In this document: positions 52,361 through 64,000 of the stretch, one piece after another
Position numbering within the stretch: position 1 is the first letter of the stretch
Layout of the letters: every line of letters starts with the position of its first letter
Assembly: GCF_009914755.1 (NCBI RefSeq)
Contig: NC_060930.1
Length of the DNA stretch: 64,000 nucleotides
Reading direction: 5' to 3' (one strand)
Source: the human T2T-CHM13v2.0 reference genome, Homo sapiens
Position numbers and translations under genes: made by a program
Notes under the pieces: generated by a model
Database searches by the model: none
Seen by the model: the letters and a program-made list of their open reading frames with translations, nothing else
Told to the model about the DNA's origin: nothing

Positions 52361-55300
52361 CCTTTTTCCCTCTGGTCAAAACTGCATTCCTGGAACTTAT
52401 GGCTGGTTATGTTTCTGGGAAAGGCACTACAAGTTGAAATGATGTAAGTCTAATCTAATTTATTAACAGAAAAGTTTTATAATGGAGGTTATAGTATGGA
52501 CTAAGTGCTTGATTCCCAAATTGTTATACAAAGAACAAAAATCCCATATGTGATCAAGCTCAGGCTATGTACCTATACAGTACACAGTGAGAACTGGCAA
52601 TATAATGCCTGCTCTTATAAAATTTAATTTCATTTTTAATATAGTTCCCAGGAGAGGGTTTGTGCAGAGTAGAACGAAGGGCTAGAGGTTTTGTGGAAAC
52701 AGCTGGAGATTTCCTGATTTCCAGAGGTTTTGCCTGAGGCTGAGGCTGCAGTGACCCGTGGGACAGATGCTGTGGGGGGATGGGGGAGGTCCCCTGAGGC
52801 CTGGCGCTGGGCCGTTGCATCTTTTCACCACTAGGACCCATCAGGAGGCTGTTGGAACATTGTGGGTACCCCAGGAGCATGGGAGCCTCTCTGGTTGAAC
52901 CTTCGTTTGTGGAGGGAAGTATTACCCATCCTTTGCTTTGCTGCCTGAGGACCAGCGTGAGACTCAAGCTGCTTTGGTATGATAGAAAGCTGCTTTGCTC
53001 TTCTAGAAAACCAGGGCCCTACCACTTAGCAGCACACAAGAGTGGAACCCAGTGCCCAGGAACTGGCTTGTGTGTGCACTCAGGTCCCTCTGAGTGAAGA
53101 TGTAACATCTAGCTCCAACCCAAAGCATATCTAAAACACCCGCCTATCTCTAAAACACCAAAGCGTCTCTAAAACACCTGCCCTTGCTTTGTGGAGAGGG
53201 TAGGAAAACAGGCGAAATCAGCGAATGTCTTTCCCGTGGCTCTAATGGCCAAAGCCCCACGGACAGCTGCCCTGTTTCCCGGTTCTCTAACCATGGCCAG
53301 CAGCAGCCTGTTTTCCCTTTCACATCATCCTGGTCACAGTGGACGTGAAATTTAGGGCATCTGTGTGGGGAGTCCTTGGCCATCTGTGTCTAGTACTAGT
53401 GAAACAGGAAGAAGTGCTTTTTCTTTTTCTTTTTTTTTAGAAAGTCCCTGTCCTGAGCCTGCAGCTGGAAGGAAGAGTGGCCTGGCGCTGTTATTTTTAG
53501 AAGATGGAGGGCTGGGTGAAGATTGCGGCCCAGGTCGGGGTCTGCTTCCCTTTATGGGGGTGATTTTTCCATGGAGATCCAGTGTTTCCTCTGGGCTCAC
53601 TCATGAGGAAGATAACCCACTGCACTCTAGAAAAGGTGATCTGGCGGACGGTGGCTTGCTACGTTGCCTTTTCTGGGTCCTGATGACTCATCTTACAACA
53701 GCCCTGCTAGAAGAGAGATGCAAGGCTTTGAGACAAGAGTTCACCTGGCCACCGTCTTTACAATCCCTATACTCTATTTTAAATATAAACAGAACCAAAA
53801 CACAAGCCAACAAACGAAAAACTCCAAAAAGAACTTTGTCATTTTTCTAATTTTCCCCTTCATCTCCTCTTTTATAGAGTGCACTTGTCTGCCTATTTTC
53901 CTATCTCATGTATCTATCAATCCATCTCCTATCGTCTCTCTATCATCTACCCATCCATGCAACTATCTAAACTTGCAATCTAAACTTGATAGGAAATCAG
54001 GGAAGCACAAATGTCTCTCACCCCCACATTGTCAGTGGGAAAACTACTCTCTTGTTAGCTGTGAAAATATCACTCCATTGACCTTTTGACAGATCTCTGG
54101 GCCTGAACCTAATGACCCAGTTATGTCCTATTTTCTGTAGCCCTGATGGGAAAAGGAGGTGGGTTATGTAAAGAGAGAAAAAGAGGATAGATCCATGAGA
54201 TTGTTCAGTTCCACTTCAGCGTCTATGTGGAGATGAGACCAAACCATTCGTGACAGAATGGAATCAATTGTTTTCTTCTCCAGATTTCCCAGAAAAGTGA
54301 TCTCCTCCCATAGTGGTCGAGCTGTTTGTTTTCTGGGACTGAGATTTAGCAGGGTTTTGTTTGTTTGCTGGGTGAGGGCAACACGAGGGGATGAGGTACC
54401 ATACCAAACTGAGCTTCTGATGTAATGTTAGCAAGCTGGATTGCATTCCCATTTTACACTCTTCCACTGGTCTAGAGAAGACGCTTTAGGAAATGAACAC
54501 GTAGCTAGCATGAGAGTTTAATAAAAGGCTGATGCTTCATCTCTTGGCTTAATCATTTGATTGCCAAGGAGGCTGTCTTTCCCTATACCTTATTCTCAGC
54601 TGATAGCCTGGTGCCCTTGACTGTCCAAAACTGTTACAGGCCCATAGTCCAAGACAAGATTCTCATGAGAAAAAGTGCAGGAGAGACAGGAAATGGGACC
54701 CCAGGAGTCTGTTCTCATGACATGAATTCAGTGGAAACAATGGGATGGGTCCGCTCTTTTCCAGTTTTTGGTTGACTTTCTTCTTTGATGATCTTTCTTT
54801 CTCCTGACCCTTCCGCCCACCCTGACCCTCTCCCAGGGATGGGAAGCAGGATATTTTCATAAAGCCTTTGTTCCTGGGAGGAGCTCATGCTCTGTCTCGG
54901 GTCAAACTCTCCCTTCCCATTCCAACTACTCAGGTGCCCATGGACTTCCTGCAGATGCAGGAACATCTCCAGGAGTCCAGGCTTCCCTGCCCATATTTTA
55001 TCTGGATGGGAGTAAGACACACCCGTCTAATTCACGTAAAATCTAAATTGCTTTTTAAAATGGCACAAAATAAAATATTAAACACCAATTGAGATATTCA
55101 TTGTCCTTTTGATGTTAGCGAGGACCTCACCCAAACTATTCAAAGAAGGTAAACTTTGCTTCCGAAGCAGAAGGTAGGAGCTGCACTGTGAGCTGTCTGT
55201 GATCCCGAAGAGCTTGCAGGAGGCGGTTGCCACCAGGGCATTTATGGTGTGGACGGGAGCAGGGAATTCAAGGATGTGATTATTATTAACTTGTATAATG

Positions 55301-56559
55301 TGTGGTTCCTGTAGCTGATAGAGGATGCTTTGGTGAGTCCTATGCTGCTTTTCAGCCCCCCAGCATCACCTGAAGTTCTGCAGAGCAGACGGGGCTACTC
55401 ACTCCACAATGGCTAACTAGTCAAAGTGGACTCAAAGGGATTAGCTTTCTTAATTCAGGTTCCAAATTTAGGGGTACTTGCTGTCAGTATCCAAGGTCTC
55501 AATTCTTGACCTTCCAAGCACATCTTTACAATGGCTGCTTGAACATTTTTCTAGCTTAAAGAATTTCCTGTTAGAGAAACTCCACTTTTCTCCACCCACG
55601 CCTTAGAAAACACTCCTTGTGACATTATCTCAGTACCAGCCTCGAAGAAGCAAGCAGATCCTCAGTCTCTGTCCCTCTCCTCAGGGATGGCTGTGCATCT
55701 TTGACTTTCTCTGGCACATGCCATGGGCTGCAGTGGGTTTGTAAGATGACACTCCAATGCTATCACCATGCTTTGCTAAATGAACATTGCTGTATAATAC
55801 TGCTCTACATACAAAGCTTCTTCCAGCTTCATTTTCGTTGGTTTATACACACATAAATTCAGGACAAAACCCATCACCCTTATTCCTGTACTGAAAATGC
55901 AGTTTCTGATGCTTGAAACGGGAGACATTTGCCCTTCCCCTAACCTGGGAGTAACCTCTTCTCCAAACAAGCTTCTTTGTAATAAGTATCTGAAAGGCAG
56001 CAGCAAATTTAAAGGGTTCAGCATTCAGCTGAAAATTGGAAAATCCACAAAGACAGGTTTACAAAACATCATTTGCTTTGGACTCAGACGAGATCAAGAG
56101 AATTGTCCATATTGCTCACCTCATCTCCCTGACTCTCTCTCCCCTAAAATTTATTTTCACAGTTTTAGGTGGAAAGGCCATTCCCCAGCTGCAGGTGGTT
56201 TTGAGGCCCCACACCTGGGCACTGTGACTTTTGTATGTTTATGGTCTTAACCTGCCCTATAAGAGTATACATATTCCAGTGCAACTTGTGAAACCTAATA
56301 CAGCGTTTTCAGAGACCTTCCTGACTTTTTCCTGAAGGGAAGTTATCGTCAACTTATGTTAATGAGAAAACTACACAAGTGGAGGTAAACTTCTCTATAA
56401 TCAATCAAGATTTCCTCTGCTGAAATGCTCCATGCCCACCTGAGAGTTGGAAAAGAGCCACAGGAAAACTCGTACAGGCCTTGGCATTGCCCACTCATCC
56501 CAAGTCAGACCTAGTCACATGGGAAGAAGGCACTTGCTTCTCTTCACAGGCATTGTTCA

Positions 56560-57350
56560 ACCATATGTTCAAGGCAAAGTTTGCTCCACCAGATAAACAG
56601 GTTGGCTGCAGAGTAGGATACTTACTCCTGTTCATTTGTTTAGGTCCATAAGTGAATTTATAACTCTCAGGTTATTGCTGTAGGAATCTCAGTGAGGGCT
56701 ATGAGCGGCTTCATCACCTGTAACACATTATCTCAGGAGCCGCGGGTGCAGAGTGAGCGGGACTGCCGTTGCCAACGGCAGGAGACAAGCAGGAAGAGAC
56801 GCTTGCTGAAAGAGTGTTCTCTAAAGCAAATTCCACCTCTCCCTCCTCTGTGTTCCTTTATGCCTTTTCTCACCACTAGCTCAACCAGAGAGGGGAAGGA
56901 AAGAAAGGCAATATCCCCGAGCGTCTTCATTGCGCAATTTTGCAAGAGCAAACATATTTTACTTTTCACTAGGAAATAAAAAGGACAAATTAAGAGGCGT
57001 TGGGACAATGAAAATTTCACATAGATAATGACTTAAATATTTTTCCTCAAACTAAGGAGGGGTAAATAATTTTTCACTTTTCCCAGCGGAATTATTTCCT
57101 CTCTCCAAAGCAGGTGTCATTGCTGATGCAAACCTGTTCTCCTAAAAGGGCTGATATTCCAGCAGGTGTGATTTGTAGAGTGAACAGTGGCAACAAGTCC
57201 ATTTCAGACGAGTCTGGAAGGGTTGTGAGGTGTTGGTATCCCTTACGTGCCAACCACAGCTCTAAGCATTTGGGAAGCGAGCTGTTGAAACAGGAGCTGT
57301 TGTGATGATGTGGTGATGTGTGGCTGGGAAAAGGAAGTGGACTCGGAGCT
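56560..57350. promoter_or_regulatory. Candidate haematopoietic/myeloid-type enhancer (MYB palindrome, C/EBP, RUNX, ETS)
   Basis: CTGCCGTTGCCAACGGCAG (56763-56781), ATTGCGCAAT (56929-56938), AACCACA (57252-57258), TGTGGT (57309-57314), AAAAGGAAGTG (57329-57339). Confidence 0.4.
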
Positions 57351-57699
57351 GAGGCTTGGAGGCTGTGGGTACCAGTCAGTACCATGGGCAGGAGACTGAG
57401 TGGTTGGGTCTGGTTCCCTAGTCTCAAATACAAGAATATTGGAATAAATGTTCTCTATGGCCCCCTCCAAGTATAAGAGTTCCTATGAAAGAAAAGTGAA
57501 TACAGCAAAATTTAGAGATTCTGGGTGGAGCACACCTGCGCATCTTTGTGCTTACTCTCACAACTGTTCTGTAAAAGTGAAATTAGGTCAAAATATTTAA
57601 AAATGTAAATAGTTCACATAAGAAAATTCTTTGGTAGATTTAATCTACTCGTGGAAAAATGAGAACTTTTCCTGTTGTCAAAGAGAGTATCATGAAATC

Positions 57700-58544
57700 T
57701 GTGATGTACGAAAGACATATCTGATCTTCAACTTCATGTTTTCTGGCATACAACTTCTAAAATCCTTAGAGGCTCCAAAGTAATGTCTTTTGTATGCTAA
57801 TGACAGCAGGCCCTAGGTACCTTCAGGATGGGGCTGACCACCAGAAAGACCAAGGCAGGATTGGAACTTTTAGACCTCCTCACCCCATGCAGCCTCCAGG
57901 GTTGATCGACCATGACCAATGGCTTAACCACTCATGGCCACATAATGAAGCCTCCATAGAAACCCAAAAGAATAGGATTTGGAGAGCTTCCAGATAGCTG
58001 AACGTATGGGGGCTGACAGGAAGGTGAACAAGAGCTCATCCACGTGCTGGGAGGGTAGCACACCTCAATTTCACAGAGACAAAAACTCCTGCGCTTGGTA
58101 CACTTCCAGACCTCCCTGGGTATCTCTTCATCTGGCTGTTTACTTCCATCTTTTAAAACATTCTTCATAATAAGCTGGAAAACATGTTTCCCTGAGTTCT
58201 GTGAGCCACTCCAGCAAATTAACCAAACCCAAACAGGGGGTCATGGGAACCCCAACTTGAAGCCAGTTTGTCAGAAGTTCAGAGACCCGAACTTGAGACT
58301 GGTGTTTAAGGAGGAGGGGGCAGTCTTGTGGTATTGAACCTCACCCTGTGGGACGTGACACTGTCTCCAGGTGGAGGGTGTCAGAATTGAATTGGAGGGC
58401 ACCCATGGTGTCAGCAGCAGGTTGATTGCTTATTTATTGGTGGAGAGAAATCACCTACACTTACTCACAGAAGCCTTCTGTGTTGTTGGTTGTTGTTTTG
58501 GTGTGAGAGCAGAGAAAAAACAGTTTTGAGTTTTTCCACGTTCA
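57700..58544 (+). mobile_element. MER21B-like ERVL LTR
   Basis: ttgtatgctaatga..cttcaggatggggctg..accagaaagaccaaggcaggatt..cataatgaagcctccata..tgtttccctgagttctgtgagccactccagcaaatt; strand per recalled consensus. Confidence 0.8.
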
Positions 58545-61500
58545 AAATCAAACTCTTACTGGTGCTCAAGTCTCCTTAGGCACAAGATTTCAGATTAGAT
58601 ACTTTGGAGAATAGATTCTGAATTCAAATAATACTGCCCAGGTCACATACAGCTCCAGACTGGGCCCCTCTACATTCTTCTGATTCCATGTGTGCAGAAG
58701 GAGAAGGAACAACACAGAATTATGGAGGAGTTACTATGTACTAACACTCCACTGAGTAGTCTGTGTTCATCATAGTGAAGAAGGTTTTGCATAGAGTACT
58801 GTTTTATTTGCACAAGAAATAGCTTAAGTAAAGCAACAGAAGCAACAAATGGCTCACATTTAAGGAAAAAGATGTTTTCAACTTCAGTGGAATGGTGGGG
58901 ATCGAATCCTCATAAAGTCATTTTTGATGGGCATCTCCCTCATTTAACAAGTGGGGAAATTGATGCCAAAGAGGTTCCATTTCCATAAGGTCCACCCAGG
59001 TGGAGGGACGTGGGTCCATGTTAGGGGTTGGGAGTGGACAAGCCGTTCTCAAAGTAATCGGATGTTTGGGAAGGCCCAGAAAGGTTTCATGGCAGAGGCA
59101 GTGCTAGGGATGAAGAAGACATAACTTTTCCAAAGTTCAGGGTAGGAGGTGAGAAGGGGTTCCCATGCAGCCAGAAAGCTGACTTCATCAGTGCAGCGAG
59201 TTGGGTATTTGAAAGGAATTTAAGAAACTCCTGGCTGGGATGAAGGCCTCGGTTTTGCAGAAGGGGACAATGTGGTCTGGGTGAGGGGCTGAAATCAAAC
59301 CCTCCTGCTCCTGCCCACTGCCCCACCCCTCACTGAGTACTGTGCCTTTTAGAGTCAAAAGAGCGGGGACCACCGAAAGGAATCTCCCCGGTTTTAAAAT
59401 ACACTGCACTCAGAGGTCACACTGCCACTCTAAGTGGCTACAAGACCTTAAGCACAGACAAATTCAGGCTGTGAATTCTTGACACTGTATTTTTGTCTTG
59501 AAGAAGCCATCTAGATGTAGGGTGATTAATTGTCCCTGTTTGTCTGGGATGGAGTTGTTTCCAGGGACAAGGGACGGTCCCAGGCAAGCCCAGATGAGCT
59601 GGGTGATCCTAAAGGGTCACTCTCACTGCAAACAGTAAATGTTAGATGAAAAGAAAGCATTGTGTTAAAAATTCTCATACAGAATTCACAGAAGGCAAGA
59701 ATATGCCTAAGAAAACACAGACAGGGTATCATCATGTCTGCCTGTTTTAGGCAACTCTGCTTATTTTTAGTGTCATTCATTCACTCATTCATTCATTCAT
59801 TCCAACAATGTGTGTAGTTACCACTGTGGCCCGGTGGCCCTGCTCAATTCTGGAGTGGCAGCAGCCACAGTGCAGCAGGCGAGCCAGCCAGTGTCGCAGA
59901 GCTCCGAATAGCTGCCTATTACCCCAAGGAAACAGCCGTCTTCCTGGAGCTGGTTTGTTTGTTTGTTTGCTTTTTATCACACATAACTTTCTTAAGCAAC
60001 TGACTTTAGCAGTTATTTACGTATCTTTGTTTTCTTTCTGGACAGTTTGTATATATGAGGGAGAAATTTATTTTACCAAAGACAGTCATGGAAGGCGTTA
60101 CCTATCCTGGCCAGGCCCAGAGTAGCGTTAGAAGCCCTGGATGCTGGCTGCTTTTGTGCATTGCATCAGCTCTCTGAGCCCATTGTCTTGGGGGTAAAAT
60201 TGGGGAACGATAGTCGTCACTTTTCTTCTCCCAGAGATACAGTGGATTCTATGATAATATGCATGGAAGTGCATTGTATTCTACATTAGCGCTGTCTCTC
60301 AAGTACTGCACGTGTTCGAGCCACTAAGATTTCGTGGGCAAGATGACGTATGCACTAGATGTTCAATAATATGTAAGATGCTTTGAAGCATTCTATTTTC
60401 TTTTTTATTTATGAAGTTTTTATATTATTAAATATGTATCTGTGTACTATGTTATTATGTTGACTTTTGTTATATGAAAGCCCTATTTTGATTTCAAATA
60501 TATTTCATATTTAATTAGTTTTTCTTATGATAAGAACTTTAGAACACTTATTTTTGGAAAATACAGAAATGTAAAAATAAGAAAGCCTTGACACCAAACA
60601 CAAGCTGTGTGAGAGAGCTCTGTGCCTGTCCTACTCTTAGGCAGGAAGCCTGGGTCGCAGCCTGTGGTCATTTGCCTCCACTGGGAAACTGTGCCCTCAG
60701 TGTGGGCCCACCCAGGTTGTGGCCTCTGCCCTCTGCCAGCCTATGTGCTTCCCGTGCCTCCAGCAGACCTTCCTGTTTTTCTTGACCTCCAAATCTGGGC
60801 TGCCAAGGACAGAACAGAGAGAGCCAGGATGCGACAAGCAGGGCCGGTCATGCCAGTGCGTGGGGGACCCGAAAGCCGGGGGCGTCGGCGAGGGCCAGCT
60901 TCAGCTCAGACGCTCTGCTGGGACTCTGTTTATCTTTTCCTTTATGAATAAATGTGGATGTAATTTGCAAATGAAAAAAAGCAACCCATGATGAGGAAGT
61001 CCTCCTTTACGTTTAAACAACTGCTACTGCCAGTTCCAACAGAAGGGCTTCCCTCCATGTCCCCACCTGAGCCCCAGAGATAATTCACTAAGATAGGAGG
61101 AGATGTATTAAGGCGATTGTTTATGGAGGGGAGCAGGAGCACAGCAACAGCACCCTGAAGCCGAAGAGCCACGAGCCACCTCAGGGAGGCCGGGTGCTTG
61201 TTGCCGCTCCCTGGTCACTCTCTGTCCTGGAAGATGGGGATGGGGCCTGTTCATGGGGGGCTTGCAGGGAAAAGGGAGCTTCTCCATATAAAGTCTGTTC
61301 CAGATAATAGGAGACCAGGAAGGTTTAGGTTTTTTCTTCCACTCCATATCCACAATTATTTCAATTAATGTGGATTAATTGAAATCAAGATTAATTAATT
61401 AATTAATCTTAAGGTTTAATGCCATTGATCTTTGAGATTCTGAAAGCACTTTAGAGTCCATGAATTGTTGGTCTTCCTACTACAATGAATAAAACAAGAG

Positions 61501-61839
61501 GATGAATGACTATGATCAGGCATGATGACATGCAGCCCCTTTTAGAGGTGAGATTCTTCATCTGCAAACACAGCAGTTACCAGGGGGACAACGTGGTCTC
61601 TCATTGCATGCTCTCCCCTAGCAGACGGAAGCTGCTATCTAAATCTGTTGCTCCATCAGACCATCTTCTGTTCCTCAGTTCCTCTATTGAGACTGTCTTT
61701 TCGTCCAGAGTTTGCTTTTGGCCAATGGCTTTCTCAACTTAATGAAGACCTCTGGCTTAGCTTCCAAAGACCCCCAAAAAATACTTCTTTCCACTAGTAA
61801 ATTGCTGTTTAAGTTTTAAGCATTTAATTTCACTTTTAC

Positions 61840-61995
61840 AACACATGCTTAAAAATACATACAGATTATGATGAATTCCACGTTTGAGGAAACAGTTTCA
61901 GAGAAGTTGGAGGGTTTGCCAAAGCGGAATCTCAAACCTAGGAAGTGGTGGAGTGAGGTTTGGAAGCCGATTCTCATTCTAAATTCTGTGCTCTG
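61840..61995 (-). mobile_element. MIR fragment
   Basis: gaggaaacagtttcagagaagttg..ttgccaaag..ctaggaagtggtggagtgaggtttg. Confidence 0.5.
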
Positions 61996-64000
61996 AGCAG
62001 TGGTCCACTAGGAACCCCCACAGGCTGTGCTGCTGTAAGCTGAGACAAGACTTCTACAGTCCACTTCGATGAAAGTGTGTCAAGGTGCTAAGGGACTTGG
62101 GGTTGGGGCTTTGGCAGAGAACCAGATGGTTTCCATCAGTGGTTTGCACTTTTCTGGGGACTTTGGGAGCTTTCGACCCGCAGAGAAACACAGTTAAGCT
62201 GTGCATGATGACAGTCACCCTGGCAGCAGCTTGGAGCGTGGTTATGTGGGAGACTGGACTACCAAGCGGATTATTCCAGCAGTTCAGGAAGAAGTGGGGA
62301 GGCATGTTCACCATCAGAAAGTGACAACAGGAATGGAAAAACAAGACAGAATAAAAATCAAACACCACCAGCACTGATGAGCTTTAGAAGCCGAAAGAGA
62401 GAGGAGTGAAAGGAGACAGCCAGGTGAATCCTGGTTGACTTAGGTAACGAAGAACGGGAAGGTGAGGGCAGAGATGCTAACGGTGCTTCTGGTCATCTAA
62501 GTCTGGGGCCTGGGCTGGGAACTGAGATGAAGAAGTTCAGTAGAACACTGAAAATAGGGCACTGGGGAAGGAGGGCGGGGTAGGGAGGTGCAGGTTAGGA
62601 GAGGTCTGGGGAGGGATGGTGGCTGATTGCTGGTGGTGCATAGAATTGCTGAGATGGGACACAGGGGAAGAGAGTTCTGGACTTTCGGAGGAGTCTCAGC
62701 AGAATTCCTCTGAAGTATGGCTTTTTTTTCAGTGAGGTTTGTTGAGTGCCTTGCCTTTGTTTCAGGATTACTTACACATTAGAGGGTTAAAAACAAATAA
62801 TTACCACCCTTATGTTAGCATTTGGGCCACTGTCATGGGGTCTTCATTAAAGCTAATTCCATTTCAGTGAAAGAGCCATGCAGCACAGTTCCCTGCCTGC
62901 TTCTTTTTAATTAAGAAGGGTTTGGCCTTCAACAGTGAGGAAGAGCAAATCGTTATCCTGAGCTATCCAAACATCTAACTGATCACTTTTACCTCTCGGT
63001 GGTGTTGGTCATAAACCTGGTAGAACGACTTCTCCAAACAGGCAGAAAACATCCGGCTGCTTAATCCTAAACCAAAGCCAAACTCATTTTAAAATGAGAC
63101 AGGAAAGCTCTTAGAGGCAAATGTGACAGCCCCACCCTTCTCAAGATCAAACAAGGTAATGTGACTTTCAGTATTTTTTTTTTAACTCTGGGCCTTAATC
63201 ACCCTGAGAACAGGGGCAGCTGATGTTAGTCATGTCTAATTAAGATTGTTCTGTGCCATTTGGTTTCTAATGACGGCCATTGCACTCTTTCCCACATAGT
63301 GGTTGGTCAACCTGCCTCCATCTATCATCAAGCATTCTCATTTAGTGGTAGTAATTGTAACTCCAAAGTCAATAGCAGTATCAAAGCAAGGTTAAGTAAA
63401 CACCATAAAGTTATTAGGGATGAAAATATCTACAAACCTAGCAATATTATTTGTAGATATACAGTGGAATCAGGATGTAACATAACCATTTTTTTAAAGG
63501 ATTGGAATGAAAAGTTGGGGACACTGGGAGGTGGGTGTGATGGAGGTTCCGGATGAGATGATAAAGTGGGGTTGCCAACAGGACCCCAGGCCTTGTGCCA
63601 CAAGTTCACAGGTTCAAAGCCGGCCGAGGGGTGGTGATGGAATATTTTTAGGTTTATGTGATATATCAATGAATGACTCCCAGCACCCTTCTCACTGAGC
63701 TCTCCATAAAGCAAGCCCTGCTGGAGAACAGGAACAAAATGAAATATAATGTTAGATTGCGAGCAAAACCTCGAATCAGTGTTTCTGCTCATGAGTTTAT
63801 GTAAGGAGAGGAAATGAGATTGTGTCACCTAACCAACCCCTGCCATTTCCTCGTGGGTGTTTCTTAACCAAATCAAACTTCAGTCCACACCCTAGAAGGG
63901 CAAAGAAAAGGTATCATTGTTGGGCCACTCCCTGTTCTATTCTTTCCTGAACCCACAGAGAATTTCCTGCTCTTGGGTTATAAGTTTCCATATTCCATGA

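Noticed and set aside
53365-54089. 161-aa and 141-aa ORFs
   Set aside because: Non-ATG starts, low-complexity stretches, no recognisable homology or exon structure
60840-60915. Possible CpG island
   Set aside because: CpG-rich patch under 100 bp, far below island size; the same applies to 44930-45000

Overview
Human non-coding genomic DNA; a human-specific AluYb8 is present. I find no supportable protein-coding exon, RNA gene, CRISPR array or CpG island. The left ~30 kb is dense in transposon fossils: L1PA/L1M fragments, an ERVL pol relic, THE1, MER41B, MLT1 and other LTRs, and Alus. The right ~34 kb has more unique sequence and several transcription-factor motif clusters. Four tandem repeats stand out: a ~1.47 kb (CCTT/CCTA)n array starting at a THE1 LTR target-site duplication, a composite (CCAT)n array, a 24-bp minisatellite, and a 40-copy 97-bp VNTR. 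Every VNTR unit carries an overlapping AP-1 + ETS motif. The best candidate for a new system is a regulatory domain assembled from repeats and tunable by copy number: the VNTR AP-1/ETS array, a MER41B with intact tandem GAS sites, and unique IRF and MYB/C/EBP/RUNX clusters. That is inference from motifs only. The locus and target gene could not be identified, and repeat subfamily calls come from recalled consensus features rather than alignment.
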